This document shows, one piece after another, positions 51,716 to 64,000 of a DNA stretch of 64,000 nt. How positions within the stretch are numbered: position 1 is the stretch's first letter; every line of letters begins with the position of its first letter. Source of the stretch: Ancylonema sp. (taxonomy: Eukaryota). The position numbers were made by a program, and so were the translations under genes. The notes beneath the pieces were generated by a model that saw only the letters and a list, made by a program, of their open reading frames with translations, was not told the DNA's origin and did not search any database. The DNA is taken from positions 1 to 64,000 of the forward strand of contig JBFLGF010000075.1 of the NCBI GenBank assembly GCA_050230475.1, read 5' to 3'.

Positions 51716-54700
51716 TCATCTCCTGTCCCCAGAGGAGAAATAGATGACCACAAAGTAGACCAGCAAGCCTGTGAGCAGGATGGAGGCGTAAAGCAGCGCC
51801 AGTCCTGACTGCCGCGGGTGTTTGTGCTCCACCTGGCAGCTCCTCATTTGCTCGCGGGCCTCAGCCAACTCGGTGTGGGCGTACCTGCGACGGCAGCAAA
51901 GGAGTGTAAGGAGTGGGGAGGAGCACACGCAGATCAATCTTTTACGCACGTAATGTATGATGTCGGTGATGATGATGATGATGATGATGATTTGGCCAGC
52001 TCAGCGCAGACCACGTAAGTGAAGACACTACGTGGAGCTTCTAGATGGCAGCATCTCATACCACCATTGCTCCTGGTTGCTGAGCTAACATTGGAGGTTA
52101 GTTTCTCAAAGACCAGTCAATCTGGAGCGATGTTATGATGTAGGTTTGAGTGGTATGTGTACTCGTGGAAGGCTTGTGTGAAGTGCAGCAGGGAGGTGGC
52201 GAGCACGTGGGCCTCCTTCAGCTGGTGGTCATACAGCTTGCCGCTCACGCTCACCACCATTTCCTCAAAGTCCTGAACCCCAAAAAAATAATGGACCAGT
52301 GCAAAAAATTGGTTTGTTCACGGCCCTCATTTGGGTCCGATTTTCGGCAGAAAAAGGAATCAGCAAAAATCAGCAAAGAACAGCAAAAATCAGCAAAAAT
52401 CAGCAAAAACGGTCCAAAGCGCCCTTTGCTGTAAACGCGAAAATCTTCGAATTTGGGCCTTTCTTTTTGTTATTTTTTTTGGGAGTTTTTTTAGAGTTCT
52501 TTGGGTGTTCAGTTTTTGCGAGTTTGTGTCTTTTCAGAGGGGCAGTGAGGATGGGCCACCTGCAGGTTGGCCTCCAGTCTGGTGACGATGTCTTTGGGGA
52601 TGGGGTGCACCGCCCGCTTGGGATCGCGGTACAGCTCATCCAGCCACTGCAGAGCTGCCACCTGTCCCTCCCTAGGGTGCGCCACCTCATGCCCTAAGGG
52701 GGTTGTGAGGTACTCCCCTGCGAAGTCCTGAATGGATTTTAGGGCTTCTCTCACGCCCCTCAGCGCCGTGTCCACTCGCGAGTAGATCGAATTGCGCTGC
52801 AAAGAAAAGGAATGAGGGGGGGAAGGGGGTCGGAAAGAAAGTGGGGAAAGAAAGTGGGGAAAGAAAAGGAGTGGAAAACAGAGTTCGAAAGTAGGGGGGC
52901 GATACGGTTCTGTTTTCTTCATTTTTTTGATGGGACTGTTTTCGTTTGTGTTCTTTGGATGTTTTCTCTTCTGATATCGGTATATGTGTCGCACTCTCCA
53001 CCTATAGCGAGTGGATGGTCTTCTACAACACCACATCTGCTTTCCCCCCGCACCACACATACTAAACAGGCACCCCTTACACCCCTTGACAAACCCTTAG
53101 GGCGACCCTCAGGCAACCCTTCTGAACCCTTGGGCAATTTTCAGGTAACCCTTGTGCAGCCCTTACGTTACCCTCGGGCAACCCTTATGGTGACCCTTGT
53201 GCAACCCTTATGCATTCCTCAGGCACGCCTTACCAGCATGGTGTCGATTTGCAACACGCTGAGGGAGGAGGTGTTGGAGAAGGGCCCAAAGGGGTGGTGC
53301 CCACCCGCCCACAGCCACTCCACCAGTCGCCGCTGGCCCCCGATGCCCACCTTCTCGTAGGGAGCCACCAGGCCCCCCATCACCCCAGCCACCCCAGCCA
53401 CAATCGCTGCGGTAGGATGGGCTGGGGACGCAGTCCTCAGCTCGCCTTCGCTCACAAAACTGAGGAGGTGGGGGGGGGGGGCGTTCTTGTTCTCCTTCTT
53501 CATCTGTCTTCCTCTTTTGGCTTGCCTGTTCCTAAATCCACTCTTCAGCCCTTTACCTTCGAACTACCCCAGGCTCTGGTCGCACGGAACGGAAAGGAAA
53601 GGGGTGGTGTTGTTTTCACCTGAGTGGGATGGACTTGGTGCCCGTCTGCAGCACGATGACAGAATCGTGGGAGATCGACACCTGGCTCTCCTCTTCCAGC
53701 ATCAGATTCGGGTCCATCCCGGCCAACGAAAGCAGGAACCTGCCCAACACCACACGCGCCAGCTGTCAACCGCACCACCCCACCCCAACCCACAACCCCA
53801 ACCCCACACCCCAATCCCATCCCTTTTCTCCCACCTGCACCTGCCATATCACATACCTCCCCCTTCCCCCCCCCCCCAACCCACAACCCTACCCCAACCC
53901 CATCCCCATCCACATCCCCCTCCTCCCAACCCCCACCCACCCCCCCACTTGCACCTGCCACCTGTTCCCCCCCCCCCTCGACTCGACTCACACAGGGATG
54001 ACACGTGTCCCCTTGGACCTCTCCAGAAGGTTATCCGCTGCGCCCGGCCGCACCCGCGACTTTCTGCGCTGCTTTTTGCCGGCGTCCCTTGGCTGCCACT
54101 CCTTTTTGACGGGCAGAATGGTTCTGCGCACTGCGGACCGCTTCAGCACGCCGCCGTGGGAGTCGGCAGAAGACGCAGCTGGGGGGGGCTGGGGAGAGGA
54201 GGACGGGGGAGAGGGTGATGGGTTGGTATGCAGTTTGTACGCATGCATTTTCGGAGGAGTTGTGGTGGTGGACACACGCTTCCATTTCTTTCTTTCTTTC
54301 TTTTTCGTTGTTGATGCCTCTTTCGTTATTCATTTGATTATTCATTCAGTCACTTCTTCCTTCCCCTCTTCCTTCCTTCCTTTCTCTCTTCCTTTCTTTT
54401 TTTCCATCTTTGGTTCCTCCTTTTCCTTTTCCCTACTTCCCTACTTCCCTACTTCCTTACCTCCTTACCTCCTTACTTCCTTATCTCCTTACTTCCTTAC
54501 TTCCTTACTTCCTTACTTCCTTACTTCCTTACCTCCTTACTTCCTTACTTCCTTTCTCCCCCCCCCCCCCATTTTCCTCCTCTCCTGTTGTCCTTCCACC
54601 TCCACTCAACTAAAAACCCCCAATCGCCTTACAACTACCCCACCACCCTAACCCCCCACCCCCCCCCACCCCCCCCACATGTTTCTCAAAGTAGGATCCT

Positions 54701-57700
54701 GCCAGATCCGGGTGGGCCACGTCCAGGAGCCCTGCTGCCAGCACATCCGCCGAGTGCCTCATCTCCTCGATCAGGGTCGGCCCGTCCAGGTACCCCCCCA
54801 TCAGAGCCGCGTTGAGGGCCATGGCCAGGCGGGGATGGTCGTGCAGCGAGTGCTGCCCCTTCACCACCACCAGCTCCTGTCCAGGTTGGAGCATCCTAGT
54901 CGTCTGGGGGGGATGGGAGGGGGAGGGGGAGGGGAGATGCTTGAGTAGAGAGCAAGGAAAAGATACAAAAGAAGGAGTTTGAGAATGACTGAGGCAAACG
55001 AAACGGAGATGAAACACACACACACAACGGATGAAACAAACCATTGTGCCATATGAAACGATTACAGAACCCTGCAAACAAAGGTAACGAGCCCAAAAAA
55101 ATACGCAAACTGCGCCCTCCTTCCCTCTCCCTCTCTCCCCATCCCCCCACCTCGTGCACAATGGCCGATATGTTGAGCGAGTGGTCATGCCCTGGCTGCA
55201 GGGGGTCATAGTCTGCGTGATTCCGCAGCACCAGAATGGGCAGCAGCACGCGGTGTGCCACGTCCAGAGTCGCACACCTGATACAGGCACACCTGTCAGC
55301 ACGCACGTCTCTGTACGGCGAGCGGGGGAGGGGAGAGGAGAGGAGACCCTGACCTGACATCTGGCGAGAAGAGGTGCTCGACGGCTGACACGATGACAGC
55401 TGTCAACCTCCCGCGGACGTGGTCGTGGCTCTCCTTGGTGAGCAGCGAGGGGTCCCTTCCGCTCTCCGCTTTCACGAGGGCCACTGATCGCACACGTGGC
55501 AACGTGGCGGGGCCCACAAACCCCTCCCCTGCCCCCACCTTGCCATAGGCACACGGCCCAGCCGACAGGTCTACCACCGCATAGCTCCCGTGACTCAGCC
55601 AGACCTGGGTGAGGCCCCCCCCCCTGTACCGGAAACGGTACACATACCCTGCCTCCCCAGACCCCACCTGGGAGTCGGAGGGAGCTATATGGGGGTCCAT
55701 TCGAACCTGGAAGGGGGGCAGAGCAGGATGGGGGATGGAGGGGTGGGTGGGTCAGAGTGTGCGGGTGGAGAGCGAGGAGGGGGAGGGGGACCTTATCGAG
55801 GTTGAGGAGGAAGATTGCGTTGGTGGCAGGGTTGGGGCCCTCCCCCTCGTCTGACTCGCTGCTGAAGAGCTGGGTGTACAGGCGGTCTAGTGCGGGCTCG
55901 AGAGCTGTCGCCTCCACGTTGTACAAGCGTGCAGTGCTGTTGTCAGCCTGAGGGGATGGGGTGGACAACAGAGGAGATTTTTTAAAATTTGTTCTTCATG
56001 GATTCCTTTTCTGGACATCAGTGCAGAAATGAGACACACACACACACAGCCAAAACAAATGTGGAATGAGTACATGGGTATGTGCGCACATTTACACACA
56101 CCCGAACGAATATGAAATGCGTGTTCGAAGAAGCATACGTGGAGTGGATTTGATACTGTTAATACTGGCCCATATGGCCGTATATATACATATGCATGTA
56201 TATGCATATGTATGTTTTTACGAACGAACATACACAATAGTGTACATACATATAAATGATGTGTATACACGCACATGACGCCAGACATGCATACAGTAGC
56301 GCATGTGTGGACATAGACTTCTTACCTCGAGAGAGAGAAAGAAAGGAAGAAGGAAGGAAAGAAAGAAGGAAAGAAAGAAAGGGAGAAACAGAAGAAGGAA
56401 GACGAAAAGAGACAAGGAAGGGAGGAGGGAAGACAGAAGGAAGGGTCGATAACCGGGTAGCCTCACTTGTACCCTTATCCCCGCCGGTGTCATGTTCTCC
56501 TTCACCACCTGCTCGACCCCCACCACCTCTGACGCGTCCACCTGGCGGTCATCCCCCCAGCCCACACCCATGTGAATACAAAGGGTCGAAAGGGGAAAGA
56601 AGTGGGTGGGGGAGGGGAGGTGTTACATGCAAGACGGTGTATGTGAGGTCATGCTCCACCTCCAGCTCCTCCCCAGTCTCCACACAGGCTGGGCGGTGGG
56701 TGGGGAAACTTCGCTGCAGGAACCAGAAGAGCTCCTCGGACTCCATTTTGTAGCGATACCTGTTTTCACACTGCCCCCGTGGAGTCGTGGGCCCCACGCA
56801 TGTGTATATGCACCGCATGTGTGCATGTAGATGTGTGCAAATGAATGTGTATACACGCATACACTGCATGTGTATGCGTGTAAACTCGACATGCCTAGGA
56901 ATGGACGGATACATATTTAGAATTATGTGCGTACAATTTTTATGCGTGAGTGCATACATGTGTTCATGGAGACTGATGTCGCCATGAATATATGACACCG
57001 ATCTCTATTATACCCTGTATAAATACGTACAAATATGCATGAAAATCATGTGTGGCTTCATGTATGCATACACATATGGACATGTGTACATACACATATG
57101 GACATGTGTACATACACATTTGTAAAATTATATTTCTGTTTTTCCAGGAACTCAATCATTCCTGTTTATGAGTTTATGAGTTTATGAGTTTATAAGTTTA
57201 TGAGTTTATAAGTTTACGAGTTTACGAGTTTACGAGTTTATGAGTTTATGAGTTTATGAGTTTATGAGTTTATGAGTTTATGAGTGAGGTTATGAGTTTA
57301 TGAGGTTATGAGGTTATGAGTTTATGAGTTTATGAGTTTATGAGTTTATGAGTTTATGAGGTTATGAGTTTATGAGTTTATGAGTTTATGAGTTTATGAG
57401 TTTATGAGTTTATGAGTTTATGAGTTTATGAGTTTATGAGTTTATGAGTTTATGAGTTTATGAGTTTATGAGTTTATGAGTTTATGAGTTTATGAGTTTA
57501 TGAGTTTATGAGTTTATGAGTTTATGAGTTTATGAGTTTATGAGTTTATGAGTTTATGAGTTTATGAGTTTATGAGTTTATGAGTTTATGAGTTTATGAG
57601 TTTTTGAGTTTTTGAGTTTGTGAGTTTATGAGTTTATTAGTTTATTAGTTTATGAGTTTATAAGTTTATGAGTTTACAAGTTTGCATACATGCGTCCAAA

Positions 57701-58739
57701 CATTGATGTCTGCAGGTATCTCTACGTTCGTTAATATGAATGGATGTAGCACTTCATACATATAGATGTGAATACCCACAATATATGATGGTAACGAATC
57801 AGTGATACAACGTCATTTGAAAATTGCATGAACATTTTATTGCATTCGGGTGATACATTTGCACTGATCGGTTGGTTGGTTGGTTGGTTGGTTGGTCGGT
57901 TGGGTGGTTGGTTATTGGATGTGATGCCCTGGATGCTGCTGAGCGAGATGCAAACATGGCCGACATGCTGTCGATTGGTTGATGTTGCTGATGCTGTTAC
58001 TTCAACACAAACTCATTTGCCAGAAATGAATGCTACTGAAGATGTGAGGAGGTGAGATCGCTCACCCGCCATCTCCATTCCAGCCGACGAGAACAATGAC
58101 AACCTCTAGAGGCACGTGCAAAGGAGTCTGAAGGACAGGGAGGAGAGAGAAGATGACGAATGAGATAAGATAATATATTACCCTCGAAAATTGAAGACAG
58201 ATGCAAAGATCGGAAACGCACCTTGCTGATGTGGAACTGAATGCTACAGAAATACAAAGTGAACTCAGGTTGGAAGCTTAGATCTATCGACATGTTATGT
58301 TAGTCACAATATAGCTTAGTCCCGCAATTACAATTAATATCTCTTTGAAAACATTGATCCCTACGAGCATTCACCCAAATAAAAATGACTCTCCGCTTGA
58401 TCATTTATCGCCACTGTACTGAGTGCTAGAATGGAAACGAGAGGTACCGATACAAAATTCATATGACGAGAGACGCGACGTATGGGCATTTCTAAGTGAC
58501 AGGATCAACAGCCGTGGTGCCGAGAGAAAGGATGATCCCCAGCTCACTTCTGTCTGGTAATGTAAGAGTGTGTGTGCGGACTGTTGGACCCCAGCTCGAA
58601 GGTTTTCGATCAGGCCGTGATGCCACTGCGAGCTTTTTCCGACACCTTTAAAAGATTTCGACGTAGGCAGAGACTGCACGGAGCTCAAAATGCAGGTGAC
58701 TGCAAGAAGCGATATTTTCGCGTACGCAAGTAAATTCAT
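51716..58739 (-). CDS. Conserved plant protein of unknown function with signal peptide and C-terminal TM helix (resembles Arabidopsis At5g58100, from memory); many exons
   Basis: Spliceable segments: MNLLAYAK..QWHH..., HVPLEVVIVLVGWNGDGG, YRY..FPTHRPACVETGE, AIFLLNLDK, YRFRYRGGGLTQVWL..VDLSAGPCAYG, KGTRVIPV, WAGGHHPFGPFS, QRNSIYSRVD, terminal LLYASILLTGLLVYFVVIYFS-stop. Not all internal junctions were resolved. Confidence 0.8.
54430..54552. repeat. (CTTACTTC)n octamer array, intronic
   Basis: Directly visible. Confidence 0.9.
57164..57683. repeat. (TTTATGAG)n octamer array, ~520 bp, intronic
   Basis: About 64 units with few variants. Confidence 0.95.
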
Positions 58740-60749
58740 CCTGCAACAATCATTTGGTGTTCTGGTACAGTCAGTGAGATTCAAAAGGCTCAAGGGTAGC
58801 AGACGATTACTGCGCAAGTGTACTAATACTACTTTGCTATCTCATATTCCTACCAGCAACGCGGAAGCTGAAGGGGATCCGTAGCCAGGACTGGAAATTA
58901 GGTCACATGACTGGTAGATAATCGCCATGGCCAAGCTGCCTGGCGTCCTCCCTGCTAGCATGGGGTCCCAGTCTAATTTACGGGCCGGACTGGGGCCGGT
59001 CATCCCATTAGACTGGCCAGTCCGGATTGGACTGGCCCCAGTCTGGTAGTCCCAGCCTCCCATCCCAAGTCCAGTCCAAGTCCCAGTCCGAGGCTAGCCT
59101 GAGGTCAAATCTTCTAGTCCGGCCCAGTCCGAGGCCAGCCTGCCAGTCCGTCAAATTCTGGTCCAGCCTTGTGTCAAGGAATAATCCGCTCGTGCCCAGC
59201 CTTCTTACTTGCGTGTCCAGCCTTACTGCAAACGTGCCCAGTCCTCTCAGTCTACCATCCCGACAAACCAGTCTAATTAACTAATTAACTAACCAACTAA
59301 CAATTCTCACTAAGCTCTTACTGAATAAGATTGGTCAGTCTCCGGTCCGGATTATCCTTTTTTTATTTTTTTATTTTTTTTAATACTTACTTTTCACCTT
59401 TTTTTCGGTTGCAAGGGTCTCCGACCCTCAATCCCATGTGATTGCGCACAATGTTGCTGTAGATGTGTAGCTCCATAGCTTGACGTCGTATTTGCACGAT
59501 ACGCGTATCGTCATGGACACGTGTCCGATACGACAAGGCGCATCGACTATTTGCCCCTCTCATCTCGTTTCTGATGCGGCCGTATCGTATCGACCCTATA
59601 GGCGAACGTATCAAACACGAGATACTCGTGTGCCAAAGTTGGGAAAATGGGGCTTACGCACCTTCGAAAAAAAATCGTTACAACGAGCAATATCCGTTAT
59701 AACGATAAAAAATTGCATCACCACTTATTACCCAAAAATATGATTTTTTATTTCTTGAAGTTACTCTAGTTAGAATAGAGTAAATATTCTAACTAGTTAC
59801 TTATAAGTATCTATAGAGTTACTACAGTAAACTAGTAGTAACTATAGTTACTACTAGTAACTATACTAGTACTAGTATAGTTACTGGTATAACTAGTAAT
59901 TAGTTATAGTTAGACAACTGCGCCGAGTTGACGGCACGCACGTCGCGCAATGCGTTCTAGAAGCCGACCATCAGCTCTTCCACACATATAAGCTGTTAGA
60001 AATACTTTTGATAGAAGAGTCGGAAGACATAACTCTGGTCTTTGTAGACATCACAATGAAGGACAAGGCCTGGAGAGAAGAAGGACATTAAACATTAAAC
60101 ATTAGATGTGTCTTGCTCGGGAAAAGCTCACCCTCGCAAAGTGCGTAAATTTGCGGCACAAAGAACATCACTAAATAGCACCCTCGAATGACGGATACTG
60201 CTGCTGGATTATCTGTCTTAGCCAATACGCGGAAATTCAATGACGGCATGGTCTGTTTAGGACTGATTACGAGGATTACAGGATACCAGACTGCCCAAAA
60301 TTGATATTTCACGATTAATATTTCAATTGAGAGAGGGCACTCTACTATCACCGCGAGCGCTGGAAAACCATGTGATCCGTCCAACCCTGCCGGCTGGACG
60401 ATCCTGATATGGGATATATATATTGTCGGGTTATAACGACTCATATATATATATAAGGTTTCGTAAGTTTCAGTGTTCAGACAGTGGCTGTTGGATATCT
60501 CAGCTGAACACTTTTTGGTCGTCCACTATGCCACGTCAGATACGATTCTTATCATCGACGGTTGCCTTCTTATCGAGGCCCTCGCAGAACCCGTGCTTTC
60601 GTATCGTCGAAGGGCTGCCATCGAGGAGAGAGGCAGCACTTCCGGGTCTGTCTCTCAGTTAAGTGTCGGGAACAGTTGGCGTGGTAAGACGCCACTCTGC
60701 AGCTACAATCAACTCCACCGCTTCCACCGCTTCCACCGCATCAGGAATC

Positions 60750-62529
60750 ATGGCTGATGAAGAATTACGGTGCTTCGTCGGAGGGCTGTCATGGAACACC
60801 GACCAGCGGCTGCTCATGGACGAGTTCCACAAGTTCAATGTGATCGATGCTAAGGTTTGTTGACCGAAATCACACCATATGTTTGGGCGGGTCAAGTTTG
60901 AGTCGGGAGGAGAATGTGTGAGACTCTGTATTGCCGTCCAGATTTCAGCGGTCTTATTTCGCGATTTCCGTATGCATAGTTTGAGTTCTGCCGACGAGAT
61001 TTCTGCTCTCGGCCACAGATGGAGAAGGTTTCACTTGGATGAAGCTTCTGGTGATTGCACTATTTACAGTTCCGGTCCGTCACGTTTGTCATGACTCACC
61101 TGGAGATTTCTGGTCAAATAAAGTCCATTCTCTCTTCCGGGTACGGGCGATAAGAACTTTTTCGAGAGAGTGTAGGTGGTCGTTTTCAACTGATACGGTT
61201 GCTCTGGTCTGGCGTCTGCGTGTCTGGTCCAATATTTGTCCTTAGTCTGGGCAACCAAGGAGAAAGACGACCCCCTTCGATCTCGTTGTCTCCGCCGTGA
61301 TAATGTTGTCGAAGATTTTTTGGAAGCTGCCGTGATTTGTGTCTGCTCTATGGAATGCGGGGGAAGAATGCTGCTTTCGACTGATTTGAGCTTGACCTGG
61401 TGTGAATGAAACACCCCTGAGCCTCTTGGCGATGGAATATAATTCCGTCGGAAATTTGAGACCCCACAGCATCCGATATGTGAAGAGATCTGGTTCACGA
61501 AGCAGAGCGGGTATCAAGAGAGTGGCTCCTCCAGAAGCTCAGCATGAAGGAAATGTTTTTAATAGACTTTGTGCTTTTATTTACATTTCGAGCTTGTCTG
61601 GGACGGTGGTTGCCCCGAATCCTCTACCTTCCCTCTGGTCCGTCCGTTCAAAAGAAGGTTTGGGATAAATACTGCGGCGGAGCAGGTGCAGAAGCATGGT
61701 GGATGTGTCTCATGGTTGGTACTTGGCAGTGGCATGATACTTTGCAGACGCCTCTGGTTGGCCGTTTCAGGTGATTGAAGATCGGGAAACTGGCCGTTCA
61801 CGAGGATTTGGCTTTGTCACATTTAGCGACCGACAATCCATGGATGCAGCTATTGCAGAGATGAGTGGCAAAGAAATTGACGGCCGTGCGATTACTGTGA
61901 ATCCTGCCCAGCCACGCAGTGGTGGAGGGGGTGGAGGGGGTGGAGGTGGGTATGGGGGAGGAGGAGGCCGTGGTGGAGGGGATCGATATGGTGATCGAGA
62001 TGGTGGTGGAGGGGGCCGTGGTGGGTCGGCTGGCAGTGGGGAGTGCTTCAAGTGTGGCCAGCAGGTAAGCTTGTGTAACCTGTCTCTGCCTTCCTTCCAC
62101 TTCATTTCTAACGATGCAGCAGCTTCTGTGGGGATGACAATGATCTAAATTGAGCTGCTAAAGCCAAGCCCAGCAATATTGTCAGCAGACATGGAAGTGA
62201 TGCTCATCTGGCTGTACCCGTCTTTGCAGGGACACTGGGCACGTGATTGCCCTTCTGCAGGAGGTGGAGGTGGTGGAGGATATGGAGGTGGAGGTGGTGG
62301 AGGCGGTGGGGGCGGTGGATACGGAGGTAGCCGTGGCGGAGGGGATCGATATTCCGAACGTGATTCTGACCGCGGGCATGGTGGAGGAGGTGGTGGGTAT
62401 GGTGGGGGCGGAGACAGGGGTGGAGGGGACAGGTACGGTGGCTCAGGTGGCCGTTCTGACCGCGGGTCTGGTGGCAGCCGCGACCGCAGTGGGCCATATG
62501 ATCGCCCCAGCGGAGGGGATCGTTACTAG
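60750..62529 (+). CDS. Glycine-rich RNA-binding protein with RRM and CCHC zinc knuckle (RZ-1-like), 3 exons
   Basis: Exons 60750-60854, 61771-62064, 62230-62529. RNP2 CFVGGL, RNP1 [28 protein letters not shown]-rich tail. Confidence 0.92.
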
Positions 62530-63529
62530 ATTGTTGGCATGACATGGCTACTGGCATGCTTCCAAGCTACACATAAGTCTCTTATCTAGTAACTGAGTTT
62601 GAGAATTTTGGTAATGCTGGAATTGACTCCAAATTGGATCCATAGTTGACATAATGCAATCCATATTGCAAGTGGAGCAGTGAGGTCGCATGGACAACAT
62701 GGCGAGCCTGTAGTTGACCAATTTCGATGTCGGAAGTGCGTGAACAGTAGAGAAGACTTTAGTGTCGTCACATGTGGGCGAGTGGTTAAATGCTGAGTAA
62801 GATAGTAGGGGGAGGCATGCAGGGAATATGTGGGCAAATGGTGACTGTTCTCAATAATCATCACCTGCTTACGCTTCTACGTGAAACTTGATGCCAAGTG
62901 GAATGCAAGCAAAAAGGTTACATTTGAGCATAGACAAACAACGTGGAATTTGAAATGAATTGGGAGTAGTTGCAAAGAAGGCATTGCATTTCACTAGGCA
63001 AAAGACTTTGTTAATCAACTGTAGCTCACAATCTGCGACATGCCATTAAATTGACAGCCGATGACACAAAATACAAATTGTGAAATGAATTGCCATGTGC
63101 TGGCAACTAGATTGTCAAAACAAGTGTCACGACTGCTTCTATGCCTCACACACTTTTTTGGCGAATTTTTAGGATAGTTATAGGGAAGGCTACTTGAGAA
63201 TTACCCATTTGGGGCGAGGAGAACACTTTTCAATGCAATCATATCATTTAGTTGCACGACACGCTCCTCTGTGTGTTAAACGTGTTATCAGTGGAAACAC
63301 ACGACACTTTACGACACATCCAAATCCACACCCTCGTCATTGAATTCAATTTTCACGAGCAATTCGTCCTGCCGCCGAGTTCAAAACGGCCCCCCATACG
63401 AATATGCAAGACCGCTTTCAATTTACCTCATTAGTATGAAACCGCAAACGGTGGTGCGCTATTTGGATGTCCCGCCTCGGTGTATTCAACAGAGCTTCGA
63501 AATATTGTAGGGTTGCATCCGCGAACAAC

Positions 63530-63770
63530 GTTGGTAGTCGGTAGTTGGTAGTCGGTGGTAGGTAGTCGGTGGTCGGTAGTCGGTAGTGGGTAGTGGGTAG
63601 TGGGTAGTTGGTAGTTGGTAGTCGGTAGTCGGCAGTTGGTAGTCGGTAGTCGGTAGTCGGTAGTCGGTAGTCGGTGGTGGGTAGTGGGTGGTGGGCAGTG
63701 GGTGGTGGGTAGTCGGTAATCGGTAATCGGTAGTGGGTAGTGGGTAGTTGGTAGTTGGTAGTTGGTAGGT
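63530..63770. repeat. (GGTAGTN)n heptamer array
   Basis: GGTAGTC/GGTAGTT/GGTAGTG units. Confidence 0.9.
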
Positions 63771-64000
63771 GTGAGTTGTTAAACAAGAAGCTATTGGTTG
63801 TGTCATTTCATATATGATCGTGTGCCTATATGGCGTATTGCGCCGCCGGTTGCAATGATAAACCGGGTCAAGCGATAGTGACGCAAGTAGTTTCACTTTG
63901 TAGCGGTAGATATGATTGTTTCGTTACTCCCATACTCTTGATGTACGGCTCTTAATGTGACCTTTGCGGCCAAGCCATCTGGCCTTGCCCGACAGTGGCG

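Noticed and set aside
54610..55968. 452-aa ORF as a single protein
   Set aside because: Read-through of several exons and introns of the 51716-58739 gene in changing frames.
57164..57683. TTTATGAG array as a CRISPR array or telomere
   Set aside because: No spacers, no cas genes, eukaryotic intron context, and it lacks the G-run of telomeric repeats.

Overview
Eukaryotic, intron-rich green-plant DNA. Gene content and GT-AG introns of 100-900 bp suggest a streptophyte alga or early-diverging plant (inference). I reconstructed ten spliced genes by hand: (1) a 12-exon, ~1244-aa minus-strand gene in which a chloroplast CRSH-type (p)ppGpp synthetase with two EF-hands continues in frame into about 9 HAT/TPR repeats; (2-5) a ~9-kb tandem duplication in which each copy carries a GNAT acetyltransferase and a RING-H2 gene; (6) a third, divergent GNAT with the same intron position; (7) SPF27/BCAS2/MOS4, with a stop-free, in-frame GC-AG intron; (8) a SnRK1-gamma-like CBS protein with a 7-bp frameshifting duplication; (9) a conserved plant membrane protein of unknown function; (10) a glycine-rich RRM plus CCHC (RZ-1-like) protein. 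Intergenic DNA holds two solo LTRs with 5-bp TSDs, a hAT-type MITE with an 8-bp TSD, foldback elements, Ty3/gypsy remnants (one with a PHD finger after the integrase) and many 7-8-bp tandem arrays. I recognised no rRNA, tRNA or CRISPR. Exon coordinates come from manual reading, and family assignments rest on recalled motifs, not database searches.
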